NCBI GenBank assembly: GCA_963846585.1
Contig: CAWJWO010000010.1
Location: 5,163-69,162 of the forward strand
Direction: 5' to 3'
Length of the DNA stretch: 64,000 bases
Source of the DNA: an uncultured Bacteroidota bacterium
GTDB taxonomy: Bacteria > Bacteroidota > Bacteroidia > Bacteroidales > JAAUTT01
Shown here: positions 8,006 through 16,285 of the stretch, one piece after another
Numbering within the stretch: position 1 is the first letter of the stretch
Layout of the letters: each line of letters begins with the position of its first letter
Program-made: the position numbers and the translations under genes
The notes under the pieces: model-generated
The model's database searches: none
What the model was told of the DNA's origin: nothing
Seen by the model: only the letters and a program-made list of their open reading frames with translations

Positions 8006-8617
8006 CTATTTTACTTTAAGCATATAATGATCAAAACAAGGTAAAGCCAAAACACTGGCAGGGGTGGCTTCAGGCCAGTTGGTAAAATATTTCAGCCATT
8101 CACTGCCATCTTTAAAATTATCGTAGAAATAGTGGTAATAATCATATGTTACCCATTCGCCACATATAAATCTCTTGGGATGTTCGTTCGGATTATCGGC
8201 TAGTATCCACCATTTTTTACCTGATAACTGATAAATCGCCTGAGCCACTATAAGCCTGAAAAACCCGTAACGGTGTTTTCCCAGGTTTGCGATGGTAAAC
8301 CGGCTAAGCAAGGTATCATTAACTTCAAATTGAGGACGTAATACCATTATCTGGCACCCTGTAATCGAAACATCAATTGTATTAGGTTCTAATCCTCCAG
8401 ATATGGCTTCAGCAACGTATACGGTATCGATATTTTTAAAACAAATACTCGCATGTGAATAGCTGGCTCTTTCAAAATCATCTATTATTTCCGATAAAAT
8501 TTCATGCCCGTGGTACAACAAAACATCCCCCGGACGAAGATCGGCAATTGTCAAAGTTTGTGCATTCATAATGATTATGTTTAATGAGAAAACAAATATG
8601 ATAAGTAAATTTTTCAT
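8006..8617 (-). CDS. Secreted permuted papain-fold (YiiX / NlpC-P60-like) peptidase, putative
   Basis: Signal peptide, then PGDVLLYHG...SHASI...VAEA and a later Cys (FICGEW). This arrangement resembles circularly permuted C40-like hydrolases. Assigned by motif resemblance only. Confidence 0.45.
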   Translation of the reverse strand: MKNLLIIFVFSLNIIIMNAQTLTIADLRPGDVLLYHGHEILSEIIDDFERASYSHASICFKNIDTVYVAEAISGGLEPNTIDVSITGCQIMVLRPQFEVNDTLLSRFTIANLGKHRYGFFRLIVAQAIYQLSGKKWWILADNPNEHPKRFICGEWVTYDYYHYFYDNFKDGSEWLKYFTNWPEATPASVLALPCFDHYMLKVK

Positions 8618-8814
8618 GATTGAGGTTTTGAAATTCCTATGACAAATATGTAAGATTTTTTGCTTTTATTTACTATTAATAATAATTTATGTGAATAAAT
8701 TGTTGAATTATTAATAAAATTTTTACCACAAAGGGACACTAAGTCAATCACTAAGGTACACAAAGGTGTTTGTTTATAAAGGTGAATCACTAAATAATGC
8801 TTCAAAGAAAATGC

Positions 8815-8937
8815 AATGTCAACTAAGAAAAAGCCAAATTCAAGGCTTGCGAAGTCATAAAAAGCGGAGTTTACTCAAAGTAAATGAGCATTTTATGACG
8901 AGCGTAACGAAGAAGTTGGCTTTTCCTTATTGACATT
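8815..8937 (-). repeat. Stop-codon-adjacent structured palindromic repeat, copy a
   Basis: Imperfect hairpin with conserved cores CTTCGTTACGCTC, CATTTACT-nnn-AGTAAACT and CTTCGCAAGCC (gene-sense strand). Lies 2 nt from the stop of the ABC exporter gene. Homologous to 16164-16285 and 62405-62535. Confidence 0.7.
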
Positions 8938-8939
8938 AA

Positions 8940-10706
8940 TTAGACGATCATGTTCATATTATAATATTTAGATTTATTTTCCATCAATTCTGCATGACTC
9001 CCGATTTCTGCAATCCTCCCTTTTTCAAGGAACATTATTCTGTCAGCTTTCCTGATTGTTGAAAGCCTGTGGGCAATTATAAATGTAGTTCTTCCTTTTA
9101 TTATATCAGCTATAGCATTTTGAATAGCTTTTTCCGATTCAACATCAAGAGATGAAGTGGCTTCATCGAAAATAATTATTTTAGGATCGCGGACCAGGGC
9201 CCTGGCGATGGCAATTCTCTGGCGCTGTCCTCCTGACAATCGGCTCCCGTGTTCGCCAATCATCGTGTCGTATCCATCAGGCAATTGAGTTGCAAATTCA
9301 TCTACCCTTGACATTTTTGCTATTGAAATAAATTTTTCTTCATTTACAGCATCTTCTTCTATTCCATATAAAATATTATCCCTTATTGATCCTGAGAATA
9401 AAATAATATTTTGCGGTACAACTGATAAAAACCGGCGGTATGTTCTCAAATCAAGTATATGCATATTAATGCCATCCAGCAAAACCGAACCACTCACGGG
9501 ATGAATATACCCGATTAACAAACTTACCAGTGTGGATTTGCCTGCACCGGATTCACCTACAATAGCAATACATTCACCGGGCTTTGTCTCAAAAGATATA
9601 TCATTTATTACTGTTTTTTCAGGAGTGTACTGGAATTTTACTTTATTAAACTGAATATGCCCATTAATATTATTTACTTTTTGTTTTCCTTCGTTCATCT
9701 CAATATCCGTACATTCCAGGATTTCTCCCAAGGAATGGATTGAATCAAAGCCCCTGTTTAAATCTGGTGAAATATTTATAATCATATTCACTGAATTAAT
9801 AATCATACCAAAAAATCCCTGGTACATTATTACGTCCCCGATTGCTATTTTACCTTTGTATGCCATATAAGCAGTAACCAATAAACATATGAACTGGAAA
9901 ACCTGGTAGGTTACCCAGGTTGATGCACCAAATACTGCATTAATAACATCGAGTTTTATCCCTTTTTCTTTAACCTTTGCAAATTGTCCGTTAAGTTGAT
10001 TAATTTCAGTTTCTTCAGCTCCATGTGCACGTGTGATGGTTATCATTTGTACCATGTCCGATACCCTTGCTGACATTATCTCTATCTGGCTTCTGTATTC
10101 ACTGTTTCCTTTAGCCATTCCTTTTTGGAAAATCCTGATAAGCAAAGTCGCCAACGGAATAGTAACCAAATAAAAGAGAGCAACCCAATAATTATGCATA
10201 ATTGTAGCTATCATCGCAAATATGATATTGAGTATTCCGGTAAAAACCACATTCACCATCTGGCGTGATAAAATTTCAATCGACTCAACATCACGCAATA
10301 CCTTTGACTGAAGGCGCCCCGATTCGAAATGGGTGTGAAAGGAGATAGTAAGTTCCTGCAATCTTTTAATTAATGAAAACCTCAAACTATTTTCAATTGA
10401 ACGATTTGCTTTACTTAAATATTTTATATAAAGAGTGTGTGTTATAATATTTTGAAAGTAAAGCACAGTGATCAAAACTGAATTAACTATAATTTTATGT
10501 AATGAGCCAGGGCCGTGAGATATTATTGCATTAATGACGTTACCAAGTATTATTGGCAGTATCATTGCAGGAGAATGCTTTATAGTAAGCAGGATGAGCG
10601 ATAATGTTATATTTTTCTTTTCATGAACATAAATTGATAAAAAGGCAAATATCTTGTTCTTCTTATTGAAATTGAGCTCATGAATTTTTTTTTCTTCAAT
10701 TTTCAT
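8940..10706 (-). CDS. ABC exporter, fused permease and ATPase (MsbA/type I exporter-like)
   Basis: Six-TM N-terminal half, Walker A GESGAGKST, signature LSGGQRQRIAIARAL, Walker B IIIFDEATSSLD. Confidence 0.9.
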   Translation of the reverse strand: MKIEEKKIHELNFNKKNKIFAFLSIYVHEKKNITLSLILLTIKHSPAMILPIILGNVINAIISHGPGSLHKIIVNSVLITVLYFQNIITHTLYIKYLSKANRSIENSLRFSLIKRLQELTISFHTHFESGRLQSKVLRDVESIEILSRQMVNVVFTGILNIIFAMIATIMHNYWVALFYLVTIPLATLLIRIFQKGMAKGNSEYRSQIEIMSARVSDMVQMITITRAHGAEETEINQLNGQFAKVKEKGIKLDVINAVFGASTWVTYQVFQFICLLVTAYMAYKGKIAIGDVIMYQGFFGMIINSVNMIINISPDLNRGFDSIHSLGEILECTDIEMNEGKQKVNNINGHIQFNKVKFQYTPEKTVINDISFETKPGECIAIVGESGAGKSTLVSLLIGYIHPVSGSVLLDGINMHILDLRTYRRFLSVVPQNIILFSGSIRDNILYGIEEDAVNEEKFISIAKMSRVDEFATQLPDGYDTMIGEHGSRLSGGQRQRIAIARALVRDPKIIIFDEATSSLDVESEKAIQNAIADIIKGRTTFIIAHRLSTIRKADRIMFLEKGRIAEIGSHAELMENKSKYYNMNMIV

Positions 10707-11605
10707 TTGGCATACTTAAAAATAAATGACAGAATTTCTTCCAACCCAGGGGCATTCAGTGTATGTGGCCTTGTAAGGCACACATTGGCGGCCACGGCCG
10801 AGGCAAATTCAATTGTTTTATAATCATCCCACTTTTGTATTAAACCATAAATAATACCTGCCCGAAATGAATCTCCTGCCCCTGTTGTGTCAACAGGAGT
10901 TATATTAAAAGGCTTAAAAACATTCATTGTACCTCCATTTCGTCCATACCATAGTTCATCGCTGCCAAAAGTAAAAACTATTAAACCCTTACAGTGTTCA
11001 ATATATGAAATAAATAATTCTTTGGGGTTACACTCCTTGTAATCTTTATTACGCAATTCATGTGAAATAATAACTGCTTCAGCATTTGTTCCCATAAAAC
11101 CATCATATTTGCAATCAAACGTTACATATGGCTTATGGTGTTTTATGCAAATGTGTGCAATATCTTCGGCTTCGGGACAAAAGTAAGGGTCAAGAGCTAC
11201 CATTGAGCAATTTACTATATCCTCCTCAAAAGGCGTATTCCATTGTTTTTCACCTGAGTGAAATTTAGCAAAATTTCCAAAAATGGTCCTTGTTGAGGTA
11301 TCGACAAGAACAATTTCTTCAGTGCCGAAATCTTCCCTGGTAGTTAACCGGGAGATATCAATATTAAAAGGTTTAAGTAAAGAAATGATTTTATTTTTAT
11401 TCCGGCTGTTTATCCAATTACCGTCAAGCTTTGTATTTATTCCTAGCTTGGATAGCATGATAGCGGTATTAACAGCCTCTCCACCGACCGAGTCGAGTAC
11501 TTCGCTTATTTCGGCATATTCATTTGGTTGTGGGAAACTAAATTTTTTATCAATTATATAAACTGTACTTGCAGTTATCATTCCATAATTAAAAACATAA
11601 CTCAT
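10703..11605 (-). CDS. PfkB-family carbohydrate/nucleoside kinase
   Basis: Ribokinase-fold motifs GGEAVNTAIMLSKLG and DTTGAGDSFRAG. Its stop overlaps the ABC exporter start by 4 nt. Confidence 0.85.
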   Translation of the reverse strand: MSYVFNYGMITASTVYIIDKKFSFPQPNEYAEISEVLDSVGGEAVNTAIMLSKLGINTKLDGNWINSRNKNKIISLLKPFNIDISRLTTREDFGTEEIVLVDTSTRTIFGNFAKFHSGEKQWNTPFEEDIVNCSMVALDPYFCPEAEDIAHICIKHHKPYVTFDCKYDGFMGTNAEAVIISHELRNKDYKECNPKELFISYIEHCKGLIVFTFGSDELWYGRNGGTMNVFKPFNITPVDTTGAGDSFRAGIIYGLIQKWDDYKTIEFASAVAANVCLTRPHTLNAPGLEEILSFIFKYAK

Positions 11606-11678
11606 AATCGCCTGCCTTTATAATATTATCTAATTATATTTCGTTAATTTGATTTCACTAATATAATATCTTTATTGT

Positions 11679-12563
11679 TTGTATGTAATCAAACTGAACC
11701 GAATGAAGCGAAGAATTTTAGTATTACTATTATCACAGGTATGTTTGTTACTCACTATTAAAGCTCAGGATTCGGTTTCACTTAAGCCCGGCAATTTATT
11801 TGGCATATACTCAGGATTAACTTACCATATACTTTCGGATGAGGCCATGTTCGATGACGTTTATTTTAACGGGCTGTTCGCCGCCCCTGTTTATATTAAT
11901 TACAGGTATTTTGGCAAAAGTACCAGGCAAACGTGTTCATTTTATTATGACCAGTTGAATCTGAATTCATCAAATGAGTATTTAACAAATCAGCTTACTG
12001 CAAATAATACAAATGCAATTTTGGATTATTCTTATAACCGATATATATTTTCAATTCCTCAGTACAAAATACAATGTTTTATTGGCGGGAAAATCCAAAG
12101 TCTGATTAATTACAGATTGTATTACGATTATCAATACGATCAAAACGAAGTGATGTTCGAGCAATTCACAACTTTAGGCTTTAACTTTATTGCTGAAAAA
12201 CGATTTTCAAAAAATAATGATATTTTAAGTTTAAACATTAGCATGCCTTTTGTTGCATACTCTTTGGTAAATAACGTATATAATCAATGGGTAAACTCTG
12301 TTTCACAAGAAATTCAAATAACGAACCAGACAAAAATCAGTTTTAATGATTTGTGGCAATTACTTAAAAACGGTGAATTAATATCATATAATAAATTAAT
12401 TGAATTTGAATCGGAAATTTCATATACAAAATTTGTGTCTAAACATATTGGTTTTGAATTAAATTACAGTATAATATTTTATTCTTTTGCACAATATTCG
12501 GATATTTTGTATTCAAAAAATTTAAACACAAGACTGTTGCTGGGCCTGGTAATTAAAAAATAG
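11679..12563 (+). CDS. Hypothetical secreted / outer-membrane protein
   Basis: Signal peptide MKRRILVLLLSQVCLLLTIKAQ (a start at 11703 is equally possible). Aromatic-rich alternating segments suggest a beta-barrel. No family recognised. Confidence 0.5.
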   Translation: MYVIKLNRMKRRILVLLLSQVCLLLTIKAQDSVSLKPGNLFGIYSGLTYHILSDEAMFDDVYFNGLFAAPVYINYRYFGKSTRQTCSFYYDQLNLNSSNEYLTNQLTANNTNAILDYSYNRYIFSIPQYKIQCFIGGKIQSLINYRLYYDYQYDQNEVMFEQFTTLGFNFIAEKRFSKNNDILSLNISMPFVAYSLVNNVYNQWVNSVSQEIQITNQTKISFNDLWQLLKNGELISYNKLIEFESEISYTKFVSKHIGFELNYSIIFYSFAQYSDILYSKNLNTRLLLGLVIKK

Positions 12564-12607
12564 TGCATAGTGCATAGTGCATAGTGCATAGTGCATAGTG
12601 CATAGTA
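12561..12607 (+). repeat. Tandem heptamer array (TAGTGCA) x6 plus a partial unit
   Basis: Read directly. The first TAG is the stop codon of the 11679-12563 ORF. Because the unit is 7 nt, TAG recurs in all three frames. Confidence 0.95.
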
Positions 12608-12748
12608 GATAATACATTAAATAGAATATATTGTTTTGCTTCTAAAAATTGCATGTAGGATCAAAATTTAAATAAATATTATAGATATTATTAACAAATA
12701 ATAACATTTAAGTTTTTACTAATATTTATGTTTATCAATAGGTACCAG

Positions 12749-12774
12749 GCACTAAGCACTATGCACTAAGCACT
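12749..12774 (-). repeat. Inverted partner array (GCACTAA/GCACTAT units) of the TAGTGCA family
   Basis: GCACTAAGCACTATGCACTAAGCACT is the reverse complement of TAGTGC(A/T)-type units. It lies 12 nt upstream of the S41 peptidase start. Confidence 0.9.
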
Positions 12775-12786
12775 TTATAAATTAAA

Positions 12787-13848
12787 ATGAAGCACATATT
12801 TGTTATAATAGCAATATCACTGATATCAGGGGGATGCAAAAAGACATTTACCGGGGAAAACCCTGAAAATACTCCTGTAAATAATTTTGAGATATTTTGG
12901 GCCGATTTTAATAATTATTATGCCCAGTTCGGTTTAAGGCACATTAACTGGGATTCAGTCTATAGTGTTTACAGCGGACAGGTTAATAATAATATGAGCG
13001 ATAAACAACTTTTTCATATCTTATCGCAAATGGTTTATATTATTAATGATATGCATGTTGATTTGGTTACGCCTTTAGGATATGTGCATTTTAAGAGTCC
13101 TTCCTATGGGAAGTATCCAAGCAGCAAAATTATTAACGGATGCAATTATGTAAAATGCAATACAGTAGAATACAATTCAATGGATAATATTTTTGGATTT
13201 TTAGGTTTCAGAAATTATAACCTGGGGTATATACTTATTAAATCATTTGAAGGGGAACCTGCTTCACTTTTAACCTTACCGGATTCGAGCTATAATTATA
13301 TTGATAATATATTAAATGAATATAAAAGTAAAGATGGATTAATAATTGATGTACGAAGTAATCCGGGTGGAGTTATCTTTAATGCTCAAGCAATTGCAAG
13401 TCGCTTTGCCGATAAAATGAGATTATACCAAAAATATTGTCTGAGAGATGGAACCGGAAGCAACGATTTTTCACAGTGGTATGATATGTACATATCTCCC
13501 GCCGGGCCATATCAATATTCCAAACCGGTGGTAGTTTTAACCAGCAGGGCAACCAGCAGCACTGCAGAATGTTTTGTTCTGGCTATGAAAACTTTTCCAC
13601 AGGTTACAATAGTTGGCGATACAACCGGAGGAGGGTTCGGGCTTCCGATAATCAGGGTTTTGCCTAATGGATGGACATACCGTATATCGACTGCCATAGG
13701 TGAATCTGTATCTGGCGAAGTTGTTGATAGTCATGGAATTTCACCTGATATTCCGGTGCAGACTTCCTTACAGGATTCTGTCCGGGGGATTGACAGAATC
13801 CTGGAAAAGGGGATTGAGACTGTAGAAAGTAAAATCGGGGCTAAATAG
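12787..13848 (+). CDS. S41-family serine peptidase (tail-specific protease-like lipoprotein)
   Basis: Lipobox-like ISGGC, then LIIDVRSNPGG, then SRATSSTAECFVLAMK (catalytic Ser region) and a GDTTGGG segment. Confidence 0.8.
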   Translation: MKHIFVIIAISLISGGCKKTFTGENPENTPVNNFEIFWADFNNYYAQFGLRHINWDSVYSVYSGQVNNNMSDKQLFHILSQMVYIINDMHVDLVTPLGYVHFKSPSYGKYPSSKIINGCNYVKCNTVEYNSMDNIFGFLGFRNYNLGYILIKSFEGEPASLLTLPDSSYNYIDNILNEYKSKDGLIIDVRSNPGGVIFNAQAIASRFADKMRLYQKYCLRDGTGSNDFSQWYDMYISPAGPYQYSKPVVVLTSRATSSTAECFVLAMKTFPQVTIVGDTTGGGFGLPIIRVLPNGWTYRISTAIGESVSGEVVDSHGISPDIPVQTSLQDSVRGIDRILEKGIETVESKIGAK

Positions 13849-14075
13849 AACCAGGAACCAAGAGCCAGGAACCAAGACAGAAGGCAGAAAGGGATGTGAG
13901 ACGTGAGAAGAGACGAAAGATAATAGAAGAAAGATGAAAGAAGACAGAAGACAGAAGACAGAGGACAGAAAGCAGAAGACAGAAGATAATTGTGATGTAT
14001 TTAATATTCAATATTCTATATTCAATATTCATTCATTTTACCTTCCCTACTTCCCTACTTTCCTACTTATCTACT
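13848..14075. repeat. Composite mosaic of short-word arrays
   Basis: Successive arrays: GAACCAGGAACCAAGAGCCAGGAACCAAGAC, then GAAGACA/GAAGGCA heptamers, then TATTCAATATTC units, then CCCTACTT/CCTACTTA units. Starts at the S41 stop codon. Confidence 0.85.
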
Positions 14076-15064
14076 TATTTTCCTTAGTATTCATTTCCTT
14101 TTCCTGCAAAAAAGAATCTACAAGTCCAAAGTGGAATACATATATAACAACCGACGGTATATATAATTTTAATGATATTACTTCCATTGTTATCGATTCT
14201 ATTGGCAATAAATGGTTTGGAACTGTAGGGGGAGGTGTGTCTAAATTTGACGGCTCGGAGTGGACTACATATAATACTGCCAACAGTGGTTTGGTGAACA
14301 ATTGGGTTAATGCAATAGCATTGGATTCACTGAAACATTTCTGGTTTGGAACTATTGGAGGGGGCATATCAGAATTTGATGGGGTTAACTGGAACATTTA
14401 TTCTGTTGAAAATTCTAACAATGGACTGGCAAGCAATAATGTAGTTTGCATTGCTATAGATTCAAAAGGAATAAAATGGTTTGGATGTCCGCAGGTTTTG
14501 AACGATAGTATTGTTACAGGTGGGGGAGTATCAAAGTTTGATGGGAAAAACTGGACCAAATATACACCTTCGAATAGTGGTTTGCTGGATGACAGGGTTA
14601 TATCGATAGCAACAGATGCCAAAGGAAACAAATGGTTTGGCACATATAAAGGTATATCGGAGTTTGACAATACTAACTGGACCTCGTATGCATATTCCTC
14701 AGTGCAACAAAATTTAGCTGGTCCTTTGGTTTACAGCATAGCAATTGATGCACATGGGGATAAATGGTTTGGCACATCAGGCGGGGTATCAGAATTTAAT
14801 GGTACTACCTGGACTAATTACACATATACAAGTACTAATCAGGTTTTGGCAAAAAAGGCTGTCACAATTATAACAATTGATAATCAAGGAAATAAATGGA
14901 TTGGAACGTGGGGTGGCGGATTATTCAGATTCGATGGCAAATACTGGACAACATATACCACTGGCAATGGCCTGGTAAATAATTATGTTCAGGCCATTGC
15001 ATTGGATGTTCAGGGTGATATCTGGATTGGTACCTATTACGGGATATCCGAATTATTTAAATAA
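13934..15064 (+). CDS. Beta-propeller protein with two-component-regulator-propeller (Reg_prop-like) repeats; true start uncertain
   Basis: Seven or more repeats of the form GGGVSKFDGxxWTxYxxxNSGLxxNxVxxIAxDxxGNKWFGT. The first ~35 codons (MKEDRRQKTEDRKQKTED...) are translated from the word arrays and are probably not coding. A lipoprotein-like LVFISFSC segment follows. Confidence 0.7.
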   Translation: MKEDRRQKTEDRKQKTEDNCDVFNIQYSIFNIHSFYLPYFPTFLLIYLFSLVFISFSCKKESTSPKWNTYITTDGIYNFNDITSIVIDSIGNKWFGTVGGGVSKFDGSEWTTYNTANSGLVNNWVNAIALDSLKHFWFGTIGGGISEFDGVNWNIYSVENSNNGLASNNVVCIAIDSKGIKWFGCPQVLNDSIVTGGGVSKFDGKNWTKYTPSNSGLLDDRVISIATDAKGNKWFGTYKGISEFDNTNWTSYAYSSVQQNLAGPLVYSIAIDAHGDKWFGTSGGVSEFNGTTWTNYTYTSTNQVLAKKAVTIITIDNQGNKWIGTWGGGLFRFDGKYWTTYTTGNGLVNNYVQAIALDVQGDIWIGTYYGISELFK

Positions 15065-15100
15065 TATTACTTCTCTCTCTTATATAACTAGTTACTCAAT

Positions 15101-15132
15101 AGAGCCAGGAACCAAGATCCAGGAACCAAGAC
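15101..15132 (+). repeat. CCAGGAACCAAGA-family repeat, direct copy
   Basis: AGAGCCAGGAACCAAGATCCAGGAACCAAGAC, in the same orientation as 13848-13878. Confidence 0.9.
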
Positions 15133-15281
15133 AAAGGTACATGAGACTGATGAATTTAAAAAAGTTGAATAATAATAAATATAGGGCCAGGAGCTATATT
15201 TTAGGTACAATGTTTTTGAGATTTCATATTAGCGATACACAAATTGCCAATTATTTTACTAATTAAACCAACACCTCTTAA

Positions 15282-15312
15282 GTCTTGGTTCCTGGCTCTT
15301 GGCTCCTGGTTC
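15282..15312 (-). repeat. CCAGGAACCAAGA-family repeat, inverted copy
   Basis: The reverse complement, GAACCAGGAGCCAAGAGCCAGGAACCAAGAC, matches 13848-13878 at 30 of 31 positions. Confidence 0.9.
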
Positions 15313-15326
15313 TCTTTTTTCTTCTT

Positions 15327-16007
15327 TTACTCCGTAATAGAATTCAGTACCGAATACGACTGCAGCTTGTTGTTACTGTCATACGACTCCGACCGGACAA
15401 TGCCTGCCTGTTTGGAAACAAATTCAACCCCTTTGGAGTGAATATTGACAATCGATTGAGTTTCGAGGTCATATGTGATTTTTGCACATTGAAACGTACC
15501 AGCGGGGGTGGTGACATTTTCAATATCAACAACTTTACGGTTAATTATTTTAGTGGTAGTTTTCATAAGAGTTAAACCTTGATTAGAAACGGTCATTCTT
15601 ATTTCTCCGTTATTAAGCTGCTGCCCTGGCTGAAGATCAGACGGCAGTGTCATTTCATCGGTTTGAATGTCAACTTTCATATTTTTGTATGCACTAAGGT
15701 TCATGTTACTTGTAAACGAACTCATGTCCATTACAAATTCACCATTTTTACATTTAACTTCATATTCTCCCGAATTTAATGATTTGCCCTGATCATTTAT
15801 AAACTCACTTGAAAATTTAATACTGCTTCCCGTTGCTTCTAATATTTTTGTTTTCGAAGTTCCTGACAACTTGTTTGGTGCCTTGTAATGATTAATTATC
15901 AAAATAGTACCAGGCTTTTGAGGGAAATAAAATGTACAATCCTGCGACTTAATGTTGTTGATTCCAAAAATTAGCGCGATAATGGTAAGTGTTAATAGTT
16001 TTTTCAT
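15327..16007 (-). CDS. Hypothetical secreted protein
   Basis: Signal peptide MKKLLTLTIIALIFGINNIKSQ. Beta-rich sequence, no family recognised. Confidence 0.6.
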   Translation of the reverse strand: MKKLLTLTIIALIFGINNIKSQDCTFYFPQKPGTILIINHYKAPNKLSGTSKTKILEATGSSIKFSSEFINDQGKSLNSGEYEVKCKNGEFVMDMSSFTSNMNLSAYKNMKVDIQTDEMTLPSDLQPGQQLNNGEIRMTVSNQGLTLMKTTTKIINRKVVDIENVTTPAGTFQCAKITYDLETQSIVNIHSKGVEFVSKQAGIVRSESYDSNNKLQSYSVLNSITE

Positions 16008-16163
16008 ACGTTAGGTTTTTAGTTTTTAGGCTATTAGGCTTTAGGCTTTCAATACTAATATAAACAATAAAATTATAAAATGTTTAATTTTCTGATCATA
16101 TCTTTAAAATATAATTTGTAAGTTGTAATATTATTTACAATTAGTGTTTCATTGGAAAGTCAG

Positions 16164-16285
16164 GTGTTTAAATTATAAAACTTGTAGCCGAGGCTTGCGA
16201 AGTTTTAAAATCAGGAGTTTACTATAGTAAATGACTGATTTTAAAACTAGCGTAACGAAGGGTACGAGTTTTATAATTCAAACAC
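16164..16285 (-). repeat. Stop-codon-adjacent structured palindromic repeat, copy b
   Basis: Has the same conserved cores as 8815-8937. Its inner helix AGTTTTAAAATCAG/CTGATTTTAAAACT differs from the other copies but still pairs. Overlaps the GH1 stop codon by 1 nt. Confidence 0.7.

Noticed and set aside
8614-8805. 63-aa ORF upstream of the papain-fold peptidase gene
   Set aside because: It lies in the AT-rich leader, has no motifs and overlaps the likely promoter region.
12561-12607. Tandem arrays considered as a CRISPR array (also 54381-54508 and 58037-58329)
   Set aside because: The units are 7-9 nt with no unique spacers of 25-40 nt, and no cas genes are present. They are micro/minisatellite-like words, not CRISPR repeats.
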